Made by a program: the position numbers and the translations under genes. A DNA stretch of 64,000 nt, from the NCBI RefSeq assembly GCF_009914755.1, contig NC_060945.1, one strand, 5' to 3'. The notes beneath the pieces were generated by a model. It saw nothing but the letters and a program-made list of their open reading frames with translations. It did not search any database and was not told where the DNA came from. This stretch comes from the human T2T-CHM13v2.0 reference genome, Homo sapiens. This document shows positions 1 to 14,393 of the stretch, piece after piece (positions within the stretch are counted from its first letter, which is position 1; each line of letters begins with the position of its first letter).

Positions 1-79
1 TCATTTCCTGGATGTGGACTTCAAGATCCAGGCTTTTCCTTCAGTGCTGCGTGGGCTCTCCGCTGCCTCCCCTGTCATC

Positions 80-208
80 CGGGGCTGCGTGTCGTGAGCT
101 GCGCCCGTCTTCCTGGGCTGCGTGTCGTGAGCCGCGCCCGTCTTCCCGGGCCGCGTGTCGTGAGCCGCACCCATCTTCCTGGGGCTACGTGTCTTGAGCG
201 GCACCCAT
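80..208. repeat. Short CpG-rich tandem repeat, ~33-bp unit x ~4
   Basis: gggctgcgtgtcgtgagccgcgcccgtcttcct repeated. Confidence 0.85.
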
Positions 209-279
209 ATACCTGCTGTGCACTGGCTGGCCTCAAGCTTTGTCCTGAACCCTGCTGAGGTTTGGCTGTGATGGGTGAA

Positions 280-650
280 GTGTGGGTCTCTGTCAGTTTG
301 TCCTACTTGGAGTTCATTGAGCTTGTATGTGGGGATTATTATTTTTATTATTATTGTTATTTTCATCAAATTTGGGAGGTTTTTGGCCGTCGTGTCTTCA
401 AGGGTTCCTCTGCCCTTTTCTCTCCCTCTGTCTGGCTTGAGGGTGCCCCGCAGGCCTTGGAGACTGCTGAGTTTTCTTCATGTTTCTTTCTGTTCCCTGA
501 CTGGATCGTCTTAATTGACCTATCTTCCAGCGTGTGAATTCTGTCTTCTGCCTGCTCGAGTCTGCTGCCGAACCCCTCTCTAGTGAATTTTTTTTTCTGT
601 GATTGTATTTTTCAGCTCCAGATGTCAAGGGAGCTCTATTTCAGTCTTTC
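280..650 (-). mobile_element. Old L1 fragment (antisense)
   Basis: Resembles antisense L1M ORF1 region (ttcatcaaatttgggag...gtatttttcagctcca). Confidence 0.55.
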
Positions 651-996
651 TCTCTGCTGAGGGCCCTGCGTGCATTGTGCCCTCAGGGCTCTGGCGGGCG
701 GTGGACAGCCTGGCCCTGGCCTTCACCCCTGCTGTGCCAAGCCACATGGTCACTGCAGCCGGCCCAGGACCTCTTGGGCCTTTCCAGCGTGGGCACAGCC
801 CTGCACGTGTTCACACCTTGTAGAGTCCCAGAAGATGTCAGAGCTTTCCAGAGGCCCCTGTGGACATCGCATTCTCAAGTGTTTTCTTTTGTTTTTCTGG
901 CAGTCCCTTATTAGTCCCAACTGGTTTCTCTACTGTGGGCAGTGCGGCTATTAAACACTTGACACTGACTGTTTCCAACCGGTGCCCTGGGGTAGA

Positions 997-1298
997 TTTT
1001 TTTTTTTTTTTTTTTTTTTTTTGAGACAGAGTCTCTGTCGCCCAGGCTAGAGTGCAGTGGCGCAATCTAGGCTCACTGCAAGCTCTGCCTCCCAGGTTCA
1101 CACCATTCTCCTGCCTCAGACTCCCGAGTAGGTGGGACTACAGGTGCCCACCACCACACCCAGCTAATTTTTGTATTTTTAGTAGAGATGGGGTTTCACC
1201 ATGTTAGCCAGGATGGTCTCGATCTCCTGACCTTGTGATCTGCCCGCCTTGACTTCCCAAAGTGCTGGGATTACAGGCGTGAGCCACCGCGCCCGGCC
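997..1298 (-). mobile_element. Alu (Y/Sc-like)
   Basis: poly-T plus reverse Alu consensus. Confidence 0.95.
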
Positions 1299-1721
1299 AA
1301 CCCTGGGTAGAATTTTTGACACCGAGAGCTCTGACCCAGTCACGGCAGCAAGGTGCCCGGCAGGTGGGCTCGGGCAGTTGTGCATGGAAATTTTGGGGTG
1401 CTCCAAATCCATTCTGTCCCCCACCCCACCCCAGCAGCTACTGGTTTTCAGGGCTGTTAGATTGGAGAGGAGATATGGAGTCAGGGCAAAGTTAAGCACC
1501 TGAAGTTTGTTCTTATGGACACTCAGCCTGTGTTTTCCATAAACACTCTTCGGATGATTGCAAACCTGACCAGATTTCCACAGCTCTGAAAACACTGGTT
1601 TTGATGGTTTTTACCACTTTTTCTTTTATAGAGGAACAGATTTTGGAGGTCCTTACTTTGCCATTCTAGAAGTGCTACCTCTGGAAGTTTAAAAAAATAA
1701 GCTTATTTCATTAATTTAATT

Positions 1722-2084
<363 letters not shown>

Positions 2085-2521
2085 CTATTGAACCTTATTT
2101 AAAAGGTTTTGTTATTTAGAAAGAAGGTTTAATCTTTTAAAAGGGAAGGAACCTAGGTTTCCAAATATCTTGGGTTTTCATGGCTGTAATTCCTTGATGG
2201 TGAACTTCTTAGTGTGACTCTTAAAGATGTTACAGGAGCCATTTGGGAATGGTAGTGAGCAGTTGCTTATGACACGCAGCTGTCACCAGTGCGAACTTGT
2301 GTCTCCTTAAGTGTTTTATCCCCGAAACCAGGACTTTGTGTTCCCAGTGAAGTCCTTGAACCCATGTTTTCTTTGATGGGGGCTGTGGTCTGGCTCATCC
2401 CGGCTCTTGGTGCAGAGTGGGGGCTCCATGCATATCTGCTGAATGTGCTGAATTCCGGCTAACAGCAAAGAAAGTATTTTTCTAGCTTACTGGTATTTTT
2501 TATTGTTATTGATGTGTACAG

Positions 2522-2668
2522 GGTGAATTTGGAAGTGAAAAGAAAACTGCTTTGCATGAAAAAGAGGAGACACTTCGGCTTCAGAGTGCACAGGCACAGC
2601 CTTTTCACCAAGAGGAGAAAGAGTCTTTGTCTCTGCAGCTTCAAAAGAAGAATCACCAAGTCCAGCAG
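2522..2668 (+). CDS. PCNT: PCNT exon 16 (147 nt) GEFGSEKK...NHQVQQ
   Basis: tgtacag|ggt ... cag|gtgtgt; phase 0-0, open. Confidence 0.93.
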
Positions 2669-2745
2669 GTGTGTGGAATACGCTGTTCCCTTGTGATAAG
2701 ACGTGTATAGCATAAAAATCATTTTCACTTTATTTCAGTGCACAG

Positions 2746-5700
2746 TTCAGTGGCAGGAGTGCACTCATGGTGTTGTGCATTTATAGTGTTGTACATTCAG
2801 TGGCGGAAGCGCATTCACAGTGTTGTAGATTCAGTGGCGGAAGCGCATTCACGGTGTTGTGCATTCAATGGCGGAAGCGCATTCACCATGTTGTATATTC
2901 AGTGGCGGAAGCGCATTCATAGTGTTCTGCATTCAGTGGCAGAAGCACATTCACGGTGTTGTGCATTCAGTGGCGGAAGCGCATTCATAGTGTAGATTCA
3001 GTGGCGGAAGCGCATTCATAGTGTAGATTCAGTGGCGGAAGCGCATTCATAGTGTTCTGCATTCAGTGGCGGAAGCCCATTCACGGTGTTGTGCATTCAG
3101 TGGTGGAAGCGCATTCATGGTGTTGTGCATTCAGTGGTGGAAGCGCATTCACAGTGTTGTATATTCAGTGGCGGAAGCGCAATCACAGTGTTGTATATTC
3201 AGTGACGGAAGCGCATTCACAGTGCTGTGCATTCAGCAGCAGAAGCGCATTCACGGTGTTGTATATTCAGTGGCGGAAGCGCATTCACCATGTTGTATAT
3301 TCAGTGACGGAAGCGCATTCACGGTGTTGTGCATTCAGTGGCAGAAGCTCATTCACAGTGTTGTGCATAGTTCAGTGGCGGAAGCACATTCACGGTGTTG
3401 TATATTCAGTGGCGGAAGCGCATTCACGGTGTTGTGCATTCAGTGGTGGAAGCGCATTCACGGTGTTGTGCGTTCAGTGGCGGAAGCGCATTCACGGTGT
3501 GCGTTCAGTGGCGGAAGCGCATTCACAGTGTTGTATATTCAGTGGCGGCAGCGCATTCACAGTGCTGTGCATTCAGTGGCGGAAGCGCATTCACCGTGTT
3601 GTATATTCAGTGACGGAAGCGCATTCACGGTGTGCATTCAGTGGCGGAAGCGCATTCACGGTGTTGTGCGTTCAGTGGCGGAAGCCCATTCATGGTGTTG
3701 TGCATTCAGTGGCGGAAGCGCATTCACGGTGTTGTGCATTCAGTGGCGGAAGTGCATTCACAGTGTTGTATATTCAGTGACGGAAGCGCATTCACAGTGC
3801 TGTGCATTCAGTGGCGGAAGCCCATTCACGGTGTTGTGCATTCAGTGGCGGAAGCCCATTCACAGTGCTGCGCATTCAGCAGCGGAAGCGCATTCACAGT
3901 GTTGTATATTCAGTGGCGGAAGCGCATTCACAGTGCTGTGCATTCAGTGGTGGAAGCCCATTCACGGTGTTGTGCATTCAGTGGCGGAAGCGCATTCACA
4001 GTGTTGTATATTCAGTGGCGGAAGCACATTCACCATGTTGTATATTCAGTGGCGGAAGCGCATTCACAGTGTTGTATATTCAGTGATGGAAGCGCATTCA
4101 CAGTGCTGTGCATTCAGCAGCGGAAGCGCATTCACGGTGTTGTGCGTTCAGTGGCAGAAGCGCATTCACGGTGTGCATTCAGTGGCGGAAGCGCATTCAC
4201 CATGTTGTATATTCAGTGACGGAAGCGCATTCACGGTGTTGTGCATTCAGTGGCAGAAGCGCATTCACGGTGTTGTGCGTTCAGTGGCAGAAGCGCATTC
4301 ACAGTGTTGTATATTCAGTGGCGGAAGCGCATTCACCATGTTGTATATTCAGTGGCGGAAGCGCATTCACAGTGTTGTATATTCAGTGATGGAAGTGCAT
4401 TCACAGTGCTGTGCATTCAGCAGCGGAAGCGCATTCATGGTGTGCGTTCAGTGGCAGAAGCGCATTCACGGTGTTGTGCATTCAGTGGCGGAAGCGCATT
4501 CACAGTGTTGTATATTCAGTGGCGGAAGCGCATTCACAGTGTTGTATATTCAGTGATGGAAGCGCATTCACAGTGCTGTGCATTCAGCAGCGGAAGCGCA
4601 TTCACGGTGTTGTGCGTTCAGTGGCAGAAGCGCATTCACGGTGTTGTGCGTTCAGTGGCGGAAGCGCATTCACCATGTTGTATATTCAGTGACGGAAGCG
4701 CATTCACGGTGTTGTGCATTCAGTGGCAGAAGCGCATTCACAGTGTTGTGCGTTCAGTGGCAGAAGCGCATTCACAGTGTTGTATATTCAGTGGCGGAAG
4801 CGCATTCACCATGTTGTATATTCAGTGGCGGAAGCGCATTCACAGTGCTGTGCATTCAGTGGCGGAAGCCCATTCACGGTGTTGTGCATTCAGCGGCGGA
4901 AGCCCATTCACAGTGCTGCGCATTCAGCAGCGGAAGCGCATTCACAGTGTTGTATATTCAGTGGCGGAAGCGCATTCACAGTGCTGTGCATTCAGTGGTG
5001 GAAGCCCATTCACGGTGTTGTGCATTCAGTGGCGGAAGCGCATTCACAGTGTTGTATATTCAGTGGCGGAAGCACATTCACCATGTTGTATATTCAGTGG
5101 CGGAAGCGCATTCACAGTGTTGTATATTCAGTGATGGAAGCGCATTCACAGTGCTGTGCATTCAGCAGCGGAAGCGCATTCACGGTGTTGTGTGTTCAGT
5201 GGCAGAAGCGCATTCACGGTGTGCATTCAGTGGCGGAAGCGCATTCACCATGTTGTATATTCAGTGACGGAAGCGCATTCACGGTGTTGTGCATTCAGTG
5301 GCAGAAGCGCATTCACGGTGTTGTGCGTTCAGTGGCAGAAGCGCATTCACAGTGTTGTATATTCAGTGGCGGAAGCGCATTCACCATGTTGTATATTCAG
5401 TGGCGGAAGCGCATTCACAGTGTTGTATATTCAGTGATGGAAGTGCATTCACAGTGCTGTGCATTCAGCAGCGGAAGCGCATTCATGGTGTGCGTTCAGT
5501 GGCAGAAGCGCATTCACGGTGTTGTGCATTCAGTGGCGGAAGCGCATTCACAGTGTTGTATATTCAGTGGCGGAAGCGCATTCACAGTGTTGTATATTCA
5601 GTGATGGAAGCGCATTCACAGTGCTGTGCATTCAGCAGCGGAAGCGCATTCACGGTGTTGTGCGTTCAGTGGCAGAAGCGCATTCACGGTGTTGTGCGTT

Positions 5701-6863
5701 CAGTGGCGGAAGCGCATTCACCATGTTGTATATTCAGTGACGGAAGCGCATTCACGGTGTTGTGCATTCAGTGGCAGAAGCGCATTCACAGTGTTGTGCG
5801 TTCAGTGGCAGAAGCGCATTCACGGTGTTGTATATTCAGTGGCGGAAGCGCATTCACCATGTTGTATATTCAGTGGCGGAAGCGCATTCACAGTGTTGTA
5901 TATTGAGTGATGGAAGCACATTCACAGTGCTGTGCATTCAGCAGCGGAAGCGCATTCACAGTGTTGTATATTCAGTGGCGGAAGCGCATTCACAGTGTTG
6001 TATATTCAGTGATGGAAGCACATTCACAGTGCTGTGCATTCAGCAGCGGAAGCGCATTCACGGTGTTGTGCGTTCAGTGGCAGAAGCGCATTCACGGTGT
6101 TGTGCGTTCAGTGGCGGAAGCGCATTCACAGTGTTGTATATTCAGTGGCGGAAGCGCATTCACAGTGCTGTGCATTCAGTGGCGGAAGCCCATTCACGGT
6201 GTTGTGCATTCAGTGGCGGAAGCGCATTCACAGTGTTGTATATTCAGTGACGGAAGCGCATTCACGGTGTTGTGCATTCAGCAGCGGAAGCGCATTCACC
6301 ATGTTGTATATTCAGTGACGGAAGCGCATTCACGGTGTTGTGCATTCAGTGGCAGAAGCGCATTCACGGTGTTGTACATTCAGTGACGGAAGAGCATTCA
6401 CGGTGTTGTGCGTTCAGTGGCGGAAGCCCATTCACGGTGTTGTGCATTCAGTGGTGGAAGCCCATTCACAGTGCTGTACATTCAGTGGCAGAAGTGCATT
6501 CGTGGTGTGCATTCAGGGGCGGAAGTGCATTCACGGTATTGTGCATAGTTCAGTGGCAGAAGCGCATTCACGGTGTTGTGCGTTGAGCGGCGGAAACACA
6601 TTCATGGTGTTGTGCGTTGAGCGGCGGAAGCGCATTCACGGTGTTGTGCGTAGTTCAGTGGCGGAAGTGCATTCATGGTGTTGTGCGTTGAGCGGCGGAA
6701 GCGCATTCACGGTGTTGTGCGTTCAGTGGCAGAAGTGCATTCACAGTGTTGTGCATAGTTCAGTGGTGCAAGTGCATTCATGGTGTTGTGCGTAGTTCAG
6801 TGGTGCAGGCACATTCACGGTGTTGTACATTCGGTGATGGAATCACATTCACAGTATTGTGCA
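2746..6863. repeat. 4.1-kb minisatellite, 34-bp unit (ttcagtggcggaagcgcattcacggtgttgtgca), ~120 copies
   Basis: Direct reading; 31- and 37-bp variant units; 1,048-bp higher-order duplication. Confidence 0.98.
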
Positions 6864-6950
6864 GCCATCACCACCATCCATCTCCAGAAGTCTTCATCTT
6901 GCAAAACTGAACTCTGTCCCCATTAGACTCTCACTCCCCATTTGCCCTCC
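6864..6950 (-). mobile_element. L1MB-like 3' end fragment, continuation of the element containing the VNTR
   Basis: gccatcaccaccatccatctccagaag...aactgaactctgtccccatta. Confidence 0.75.
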
Positions 6951-7240
6951 CCTGGCACCATGGCTCACACCTGTAATCCCAGCACTTCGGGAGGCTGAGG
7001 CAGGAGGACCACTCCAGCCCAGGAATTCGATACCAGCCTGGGCAACATAGGGAGACCCTGTCTCTATAAAAAATTAAAAAAATTAGCCGTGTGTGGTGGC
7101 ACGCACCTGTAGTCCCAGCTTCTCAGAAAGCTGAGGTGGGAGGATTGTTTGTGCCCTGGAGTTTGAGGCTACAGTGAGCTGTGATTGTGCCACTGCACTC
7201 CAGCCTGGGCAACAGAGTGAGACCCTGTCTCAGAAAGAAA
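6951..7240 (+). mobile_element. Alu (J-like)
   Basis: Diverged dimeric Alu. Confidence 0.9.
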
Positions 7241-7707
7241 GATCTTTGCCTGCCTGGCAACTGACTTTTGTGAATGACCAGATACAGTGACTTATTTCGA
7301 ATTGCTGTTTGAGTGGTGGATCTCTGATGAACTGGCCCCTTCCCTCCCCTAGCCTCAGGTTCCACCTGGGGATGTTTGTGTATTCTTTTGTAAATGATGA
7401 ATAATGGAGGAAAAACCGTATCAATAATTTTCACCTTTAATCAGCACCTCGTTCACCTTTGCCGTATTTTTATTAAATGTGCAGGTGCTCCTTGGCCTTT
7501 GCTGAGGTCACGCCTTTGACCACTGTCAGTGGAAGGCGTTGTGAGTCGAGGAACGTGCCGAAGTGCCTGCTCCTTTTGCCCCATCACCAAGCTGAAAAGT
7601 CCTAAGTCAGAGACTCTCAAATACTGAAATTGTGTTGAAAGTCCCTTACAGCCATTTGCTTTTAACCAAATTGTTTTAACGAAAGCTTTAACCATTTTTC
7701 TCGATAG

Positions 7708-7859
7708 CTGAAAGACCAGGTTTTATCCTTAAGTCACGAGATAGAAGAGTGCCGCTCCGAGTTGGAGGTGCTGCAGCAGAGGCGGGAGCGGGAGAACCGG
7801 GAAGGCGCAAACCTCCTCTCCATGCTCAAGGCCGACGTCAACCTGTCCCACAGCGAAAG
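7708..7859 (+). CDS. PCNT: PCNT exon 17 (152 nt) LKDQVLSLSHEIEE...LSHSE
   Basis: ctcgatag|ctg ... aag|gtcagt; phase 0-2. Confidence 0.95.
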
Positions 7860-8789
7860 GTCAGTGTGTCCTCGGCACCGAGGCTGCCTTGTGGCCGCCA
7901 GCACCCGCTGGGTCATGCAGATGCCATTGGTCCCCACGGCTCCTGGCCCCGTGGCTGCTGCCACCATGCACGCTGGCTCCTGGTGGACGGGGACCCGGCT
8001 TCCTTCTTCTCTCAGTTAGAAAGATTGTAAGCACCGGGAAGAAATCGCCTGCTGTGTCTCATCTCCCAGCCCCCGTGCCCTCCTCCCACCCTGCCTGCTG
8101 TGTCTCATTTCCCCATCTGGCCAGATTAAAACCAGCCGTTATCTCCCACACAGAGCCCGACCCCTCCCCTTTAGTGTCTGCGTCCCCGCAGCGTGTCCTC
8201 GTCCCCGGCACGGGGTGCAGGCCCACATGTCTCGTGGTTCCTGTGCTTTGGACTGTGTGCAAGTGTCGTGCCTCATGCATCTCTCTCTGTGACGTGTGTT
8301 TCTGAGACCGGCCCGAGCAGGGGCCGTAGCCCTGTCCGTTCCTTTCTCCATTGGGAGCCTGTGCCTGGGGAGCTGCAGGCACTGGGCTGAGCGCCCAGCC
8401 CCGAGGGCTCTCCCAGGGCGGGGTGTGGGTCTGCTTACCACGGGCCGTGGGGCCGCCTTCCCTGAACGCATGGGTCCAGGCCACATCCTGCCTTGGTGCC
8501 TCCTCACCTGCAGTGATGCTGTCCAGCAGGCTTGTCTGCCCTTTTGTCGCGTGTGGGGTCTTGAGAAACTTTTTGCTCCTCTGACACCATGGAGGTTTTT
8601 CCCAGGTCACCTCACAGGGTTTTAAGTTTTGCTTTTGTGTGACTCTGGAGTGAGCCTGCAGAGTTGTTCTTGCTTGCACCTGTCTGGGCAGTGGACTCGG
8701 CACTGTGTTGCCAAACGCAGCCTCCCCTTGGTGCGCGTCCTCCCCGTCCCCTTGTGTGGGTCTTTGGCTGCTCCCATTGGCGTGTCCCC

Positions 8790-8945
8790 GCCCGAGGCCT
8801 CTGTGTCCTGCTGCTGCTCCCATCTGTGTGTCCCCGCTGAGGCTTCTGGGTCCAGCCACTGCTCCCGTCTGTCTGTCCCCGCCCCAGGCCTCTGAGTCCT
8901 GCTGCTGCTCCCGTCTTTGTGTCCCCACTCGAGGCCTCTGGGTTG
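8790..8945. repeat. Degenerate ~47-bp tandem repeat x ~3
   Basis: gaggcctctgtgtcctgctgctgctcccatctgtgtgtcccc variants. Confidence 0.7.
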
Positions 8946-9804
8946 TGCTGCTGTGTCCTGAAGCTCTGAACTGGTTTGGCTCTGCTCTGGAGACCACCCA
9001 GGGTCCGGAGACCAGGTCGGGCTTATGGGACCCTCTGAGCTCACAGCTGTTTCTGGAGCATTGGTGTCTGTCATGCTGAGGGTCCATCCGTGTGTGGGGG
9101 GTGTCTGTGCAGGTCTCTCTTTGTTCTTTTCATCAAGTTTTGTGATTTTTCTGTGAGGACCTTGCCTTCTGTAGCACTTGGCTGTGGGTGTCTCGTAGCT
9201 TGGTGCTGACTCTCTCCAGTCACCCAGGTCAGTGGGCGAGCGAGAGCTCTAAACCGAGGGGCACAGCGGCCAGTGGGGCGGTCTGTGCTCTTAACTCGAG
9301 GGGTGCAGAGGTGGGTGGTGGGCGGGGTAGTCCCAGGCTCTAAACACAAGGGGTGCAGAGGTGAGCCCACGGTCCCTGGACACTGGAGAGGCTGCCTGTC
9401 TTGAGGTGGGGTGGCTGCAGACGCCCTGATGCCTGCAGGAGTTGGGCATTTTGGGGGGTGGAAGTGTGCTGGGGAGCAGGTGGCATTCTCTCCGTCAAGC
9501 CCCTCCTCAGGACTCCCCCTCCCTGTTATTTGCCCAGAATCTTCGGTTTCGCGGGGCCTGCACGACACTGCCTCCCGTTGTCACCTCACGGTCCCCACGA
9601 ATGAGTCCTCATCGTCTGCTCCTCAGGGTTGGGCTCTCTGGGGACAGAGCTGTGAGCAGAGTAGAGGGAGGGCTGGCTGTGTAGTCACTGGGTCAACGTG
9701 CCTGTCCTCAGCGGCGTCACAGCTCCTAAATCATAGTGCAGGGAGCGAGATGTGGAGGGGCCTGTGGCCTCGGGAGCCCCTGTGTGTAAAAACAGAAGCA
9801 TCCC

Positions 9805-10367
<563 letters not shown>

Positions 10368-10617
10368 TCAGAAATGGCATCAGGAAGACCTCACCTAGGA
10401 AAGCCCGTGTCCCTGAGTGGGCTCCACGTGGTTGTCTTGTCTGTGGCCTCAGCTTCCTGTGCTCACATGGGCATGAGGATCATGTCTTCCGGCCCCGTGG
10501 GGACAGGCAGCCGTGGGCCGAGGTGTGCAAACTGGTGGGCGGCCCCTCAGCAGCATCCAGGGTGGGGGTTCTTATGCCGTGACCAGCTTGCCTGATGATG
10601 GGTGTCTCCTGTCTCAG

Positions 10618-10760
10618 AGGGGCCCTCCAGGACGCCCTGCGCAGGCTGCTGGGTTTGTTTGGAGAGACGCTGAGGGCAGCCGTCACCCTGAGGAGCCGGA
10701 TCGGGGAGCGCGTGGGGCTCTGCCTGGATGACGCGGGCGCAGGCCTGGCCCTGTCGACAG
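10618..10760 (+). CDS. PCNT: PCNT exon 18 (143 nt) GALQDALRRLLGLFGETL...
   Basis: gtctcag|agg ... cag|gtgagt; phase 2-1. Confidence 0.95.
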
Positions 10761-11074
10761 GTGAGTGTGCCGGGACCAGCTGCCCAGCCCTGTGCTTGCA
10801 GCCCCTCTGTGGTCCTGGAGCTCTCTGAGAGGAGCCTCCGTATTGGGCGATGCCCTTGGGAGCACTGCCGTCCTGGTTTCCTGCTAGTTTCCGCACTTAC
10901 AGAAGGCCGAGACCGGGGTTTGGGCTAAATTTGTCAGCTCCCGTGGACGTGGCGCTGACTCATCTCGGCTGGGGCGACGTTCTGAGTTCTGTGGCTTCCT
11001 TGTCGTCTTGGCTGCCATGGCCGCGGCCGGCTTGCTCACTGAGCCGCGTGTGCCGGCATCTGCTCATCTTGTAG

Positions 11075-11307
11075 CTCCGGCGCTGGAGGAGACATGGTCT
11101 GATGTGGCCCTCCCGGAGTTGGACAGAACTTTGTCTGAATGTGCAGAGATGTCTTCCGTGGCTGAAATTAGCAGCCACATGCGTGAAAGCTTTCTCATGA
11201 GCCCAGAAAGTGTGCGGGAGTGTGAGCAGCCCATCCGGAGGGTCTTCCAGAGCCTCAGCCTGGCCGTGGACGGCCTCATGGAGATGGCCCTGGACTCCAG
11301 CAGGCAG
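11075..11307 (+). CDS. PCNT: PCNT exon 19 (233 nt) PALEETWSD...ALDSSRQ; contains the Ser codons matching PLK1 sites S1235/S1241
   Basis: cttgtag|ctc ... cag|gtgagg; AGC codons at 11170 and 11188 fall at codons 1235 and 1241 by my numbering. Confidence 0.96.
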
Positions 11308-11676
11308 GTGAGGCCCAGGCTCCCGGGGTCCTGTGGAGATGTGAACAACTGAGTAGCTGATGATGCCACACGAGCCTGGTGGATGCCGGTGCCAACGACG
11401 CTCGCACGGGTTTCTCCCCAAGGAGGAGGCTTTTCTGAACCAGATCTTTGAGGAAGTGGGCTTGCTACGAATGAGAGAATCTGTTTGTTTAATTTGGATA
11501 ATAAACAGGCCCATTTTCTTTACTTCATGCACTGTTGCAATTCCATGTGGAGTGTTTTCATATTTAGAGATTATCACTAAGAAAGGAAATTTTTTGTAAC
11601 CGTTTTAGAACATTTTAGACAATTAAAAAAGACATTAAGTAGGAATACACGGAAAGCAATCAAAGATCTTTTTTTC

Positions 11677-12201
<525 letters not shown>

Positions 12202-12542
12202 TTCTTTTTTGCTAAGTTTTGAGTTCAGAGGTAACTCTGGGTCTCAGCCTGTAGATGGCCTGGGAGCCCCAGACTGGACACAGTTGCCAGGGGAGTGTCT
12301 GGAGGAAGGGAGAGGGGCCCAGGGCTGAACTGGGAGGCTGAGGAGGGGTCCTCATTGGAGACTGTGGCCACAGTGTCTCGGAGGGTGGCTGAGATGTGCT
12401 CAGGTCCCGTCACCCTGGCCTGGCCCTGCCTGGGTGGTGACGGCCTGAAGGGTCTGGGGGTAGAAGTGGCGTTCTCTTGGTCTTAATGTAGGCTTCAGTT
12501 ATTTTTGATCTGGAGTTTTGATTTGCAAATGTGTTTTAACAG

Positions 12543-12705
12543 CTGGAAGAAGCACGCCAAATTCATTCTCGTTTTGAAAAAGAATTTAGTTTTAAGAATG
12601 AGGAGACAGCACAGGTTGTCAGGAAGCACCAGGAGCTGCTGGAGTGTTTGAAGGAGGAGAGCGCAGCAAAGGCAGAGCTGGCGCTGGAGCTGCACAAGAC
12701 TCAGG
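12543..12705 (+). CDS. PCNT: PCNT exon 20 (163 nt) LEEARQIHSRFEKE...
   Basis: ttttaacag|ctg ... cagg|gtgagc. Confidence 0.95.
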
Positions 12706-13036
12706 GTGAGCAGCATGAGGCCTCGGGGCACCTGGAGCACAGGCACGGGGAGCAGGCCTGGCCTCACTGAGGGAAGGAAGCCTTCAGAATAGGGTTTTTA
12801 AAGTGAAATGTAAAAACAAAGCCAACATGGGAGGCACCCATGGTTTGGGAGGAATGGGGTGGTCGGGAGCTGCTGCGGCCAGCAGGGCTGTTGGAGGCCT
12901 ACACCTGGGTCCTGGAAGCTGCTGGCTCTTAGCTCTGCTGCTCTCAGGGGCAGTGGCCCCGTCCCTTCCTCCAAGCAGGCTCTCCTCAGTTACACCCAGG
13001 ACTGGCTTTGTCAGAGCATCTGTGTCTCCCACAAAG

Positions 13037-13249
13037 GTACCCTTGAGGGATTCAAGGTGGAGACAGCAGATCTGAAGGAGGTGCTGGCCGGGAAGGAGGA
13101 TTCCGAGCACCGTCTGGTGCTGGAGCTGGAGAGCCTGAGACGGCAGCTGCAGCAGGCGGCCCAGGAGCAGGCGGCGCTGAGGGAGGAGTGCACCCGTCTG
13201 TGGAGTCGGGGGGAGGCCACAGCCACGGATGCCGAGGCCAGAGAAGCTG
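13037..13249 (+). CDS. PCNT: PCNT exon 21 (213 nt) TLEGFKVETADLKE...EAREA
   Basis: cacaaag|gta ... ctg|gtaagg; phase 1-1. Confidence 0.95.
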
Positions 13250-13724
13250 GTAAGGAGCGCGGGCTGTGGAGGGTGGTGCGAGCTGTGGGGCGCGGATACA
13301 GCTGCCACGGTTTCCCCAGCTCCCAAGGACACTCAGTGTCTCTAGAGGGTCAAGTGTAAACCAGCACGCAGCTTCTCCTGGAACACTGGGCATGGGAAGC
13401 TTGTGCGGATCAGGTGAGGCATCCACTGGCTTTGCTGCCCTTTCAGAGAAGGCGGGTTGTCTGTCGGTCCTGCTGGTTGGAGGGTCCCCACCTCTGTGAG
13501 GTGGAAATAAGAGGGGCTCTGAGTCCAACAGCAGCAGCTGGAGGCAGAGCCGAGTGCGGCAAACAAGAGCTACTTTAAAATTTCATTTAAAATAACCAAG
13601 TGCCTGATATTAACCCTCATTAGGAAAACATAGTGTTAACAATATTAGTTTGTATCTTTTCAGATTTTTAGATATTTTAGTCTCAAAGGTATTTAAAATG
13701 AAAACTGTCAAAACATAAGTTTAA

Positions 13725-14393
<669 letters not shown>

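Noticed and set aside
3052-6795. Many long ORFs (up to 496 aa; HSVAEAHSRCCAFSGGSAFTVLCIQWRKRI repeats)
   Set aside because: Translation of a 34-bp tandem repeat that cycles through frames; intronic, no promoter or splice support.
2746-6863. CRISPR-like appearance of regular ~34-bp repeats (also the 56- and 57-bp arrays)
   Set aside because: Units are head-to-tail with no unique spacers, there are no cas genes, and the context is a human intron.
8059-9087. 342-aa minus-strand ORF and other long ORFs in GC-rich introns or antisense to exons
   Set aside because: No recognisable domain; GC-rich sequence, or the shadow of PCNT coding sequence, is depleted of stop codons.
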